Positions 62,757 through 64,000 of a DNA stretch of 64,000 nt are shown in pieces. Origin of the DNA: Bacteroidota bacterium (GTDB lineage: Bacteria > Bacteroidota > Bacteroidia > Palsa-948). The notes under the pieces are model-generated. The model searched no databases, was not told the DNA's origin, and saw only the letters and a program-made list of their open reading frames with translations. Where the stretch lies: NCBI GenBank assembly GCA_016195025.1, contig JACQAL010000057.1:46129-110128 (forward strand), given 5' to 3'. Position numbers and translations under genes: made by a program. Within the stretch, counting starts at the first letter, position 1. Every line of letters begins with the position of its first letter.

Positions 62757-64000
62757 ATTTTCTTTTGATAAACCATTTATCGTTCAGCGTGAAGCCGAGA
62801 ATCACTTTCACGTATTTTTCGCGAACGAGATTATTTTCTGTAGTTCCGAATTGCCCGAGTTCTACCGCAACATTTATGATGGACTGCGAATACGTATCTC
62901 CCACTTTAATTTTTTTCAGCGGGAAACCTGCGCCAAAAGTAATTGCTCTATCTTTCAACTGCACATTATTCAAATCAAGATATGAACTGGCATAGCGAAA
63001 ACCTGCGCGGTAAAATATTTTTTTTGCGTAGGATTCTTTTGTTCCTGCTGACTTGTTCGGAACATATTGCACTCCAAAAGAAATTCGCTGGCTGTTTTTC
63101 AAAAGTCCCGCTTGATTAAGCGAAGAGAAGGATGACCATTGCTGCAGGGAATAATCAAAACCGAAAAGCCATTTATCTCCTTTCTTCAAAACAACACCTC
63201 CGCCAAACATCATCGGAATAATCACTGTGTCTTTTACATCCTGATCGTTGAGGATAGTATCTTTCATCACTTCCACTCCGAAATAATTTGTATACGTTGC
63301 GGCAAAAGTGGAGCGCTTTGCTTTCAGATAACTTTTCATTCCGCCCGTTGCGCCCAGTGTGAGCGACCAGTTTTTCTTCAGTTGAATTTTATATTGTGTT
63401 CCAAGCGTAAAGTAAAAATTGCTTACGCGGGTTGTCTGCGAAAATCTGGTATTATAAAAACCTGAGCCGCTGGGAAAAGAATCGCGGCTGGAAAAAACCA
63501 AATCGCCAAAAAGATAAGCGGCATTTACTCCCAGCGAAAAATTTTTTATGCGAAAACCATTTCCAAAGTAAAGTTGATTTAAACCGCCTTCGCCCTGGTA
63601 AGAATATTTCACCGTGCCGATGCTGTCCTGAGATTGCTCGGTGTGAATTTTATATCCGACCGAACTATACGGTAGCAAACCAAAACTTGCTCCCCACCAT
63701 TTCGTAACCGGAAACGCAAGCGCCATGTGCGAAAGCGCAGTTTGATTGGAAGAAAATTTTTTGCCGGTGGTTTCCAGTTTTGTGAAATTGCTTCTCACAC
63801 CAAAATCAAAAGCCGTGAGCCGCAGCGAAGAATGCGAAGCCGGATTGGAAGTATTAATAAAGTAAGGCGCAGTGGTATCATTGCGCAGCGCGTTATAAAT
63901 TCCTCCGAGCGGAATGTTGCTGGCAAAACCTCCGTACTGAAGTTCGCCCAAACCAAAACGCGAGTAAGGAGAATTGGTGAACGATTGTCCAACGGAAATT
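62749..64000 (-). CDS. putative outer-membrane beta-barrel (porin-like) protein, 5' end beyond the window
   Basis: The reading frame stays open to position 64000 (…SPYSRFGLGELQYGG…). It has alternating aromatic strands and ends in ...KWFIKRKYD. Confidence 0.5.
   Translation of the reverse strand, partial: ISVGQSFTNSPYSRFGLGELQYGGFASNIPLGGIYNALRNDTTAPYFINTSNPASHSSLRLTAFDFGVRSNFTKLETTGKKFSSNQTALSHMALAFPVTKWWGASFGLLPYSSVGYKIHTEQSQDSIGTVKYSYQGEGGLNQLYFGNGFRIKNFSLGVNAAYLFGDLVFSSRDSFPSGSGFYNTRFSQTTRVSNFYFTLGTQYKIQLKKNWSLTLGATGGMKSYLKAKRSTFAATYTNYFGVEVMKDTILNDQDVKDTVIIPMMFGGGVVLKKGDKWLFGFDYSLQQWSSFSSLNQAGLLKNSQRISFGVQYVPNKSAGTKESYAKKIFYRAGFRYASSYLDLNNVQLKDRAITFGAGFPLKKIKVGDTYSQSIINVAVELGQFGTTENNLVREKYVKVILGFTLNDKWFIKRKYD

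Overview
This 64-kb window looks like a Bacteroidota chromosomal segment. The evidence is T9SS type A and type B sorting domains, a short 289-aa RpoD, the DUF4290-murA pairing, TAnnTTTG -7 boxes in place of Shine-Dalgarno sites, and roughly 40 percent GC by eye. Most of it is housekeeping: murQ, the pntAA-pntAB-pntB operon, folA and thyA, tmRNA, rpe, rpoD, pnp, rpsO, purQ, nadD, gmk, yicC, dnaJ, grpE, murA, uvrD, lpxD and lptC, plus many secreted or outer-membrane proteins. I saw no rRNA, tRNA, CRISPR array, transposase or integrase.

Three things stand out:
- Two small patches that look GC-richer by eye (about 19.3-20.9 kb and 37.2-40.2 kb) share an architecture. Each has a small stand-alone DNA-binding protein (LytTR or XRE), a hypothetical protein with an FN3-like C-terminus, and a spacer-less tandem array of 21-bp units (7 and 15 copies).
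- The window is littered with palindromic or low-complexity 'word' elements. These include a 104-bp MITE-like family inserted between the pnt cistrons, nested palindromes up to 230 bp, and a 28-nt module that also occurs inside a coding region.
- Several of these elements sit in frame inside genes: uvrD, an OmpA-family gene, signal peptides and C-terminal tails. This resembles Rickettsia palindromic elements.

Smaller observations are an AlaDH/PNT-fold gene broken by a deletion and frameshift, an alkyltransferase-like MGMT protein lacking the catalytic Cys, a PIN protein with an extra C-terminal module, and a tandem quartet of DUF1573 paralogs. All family assignments come from motif recognition by eye. 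No database search was run.
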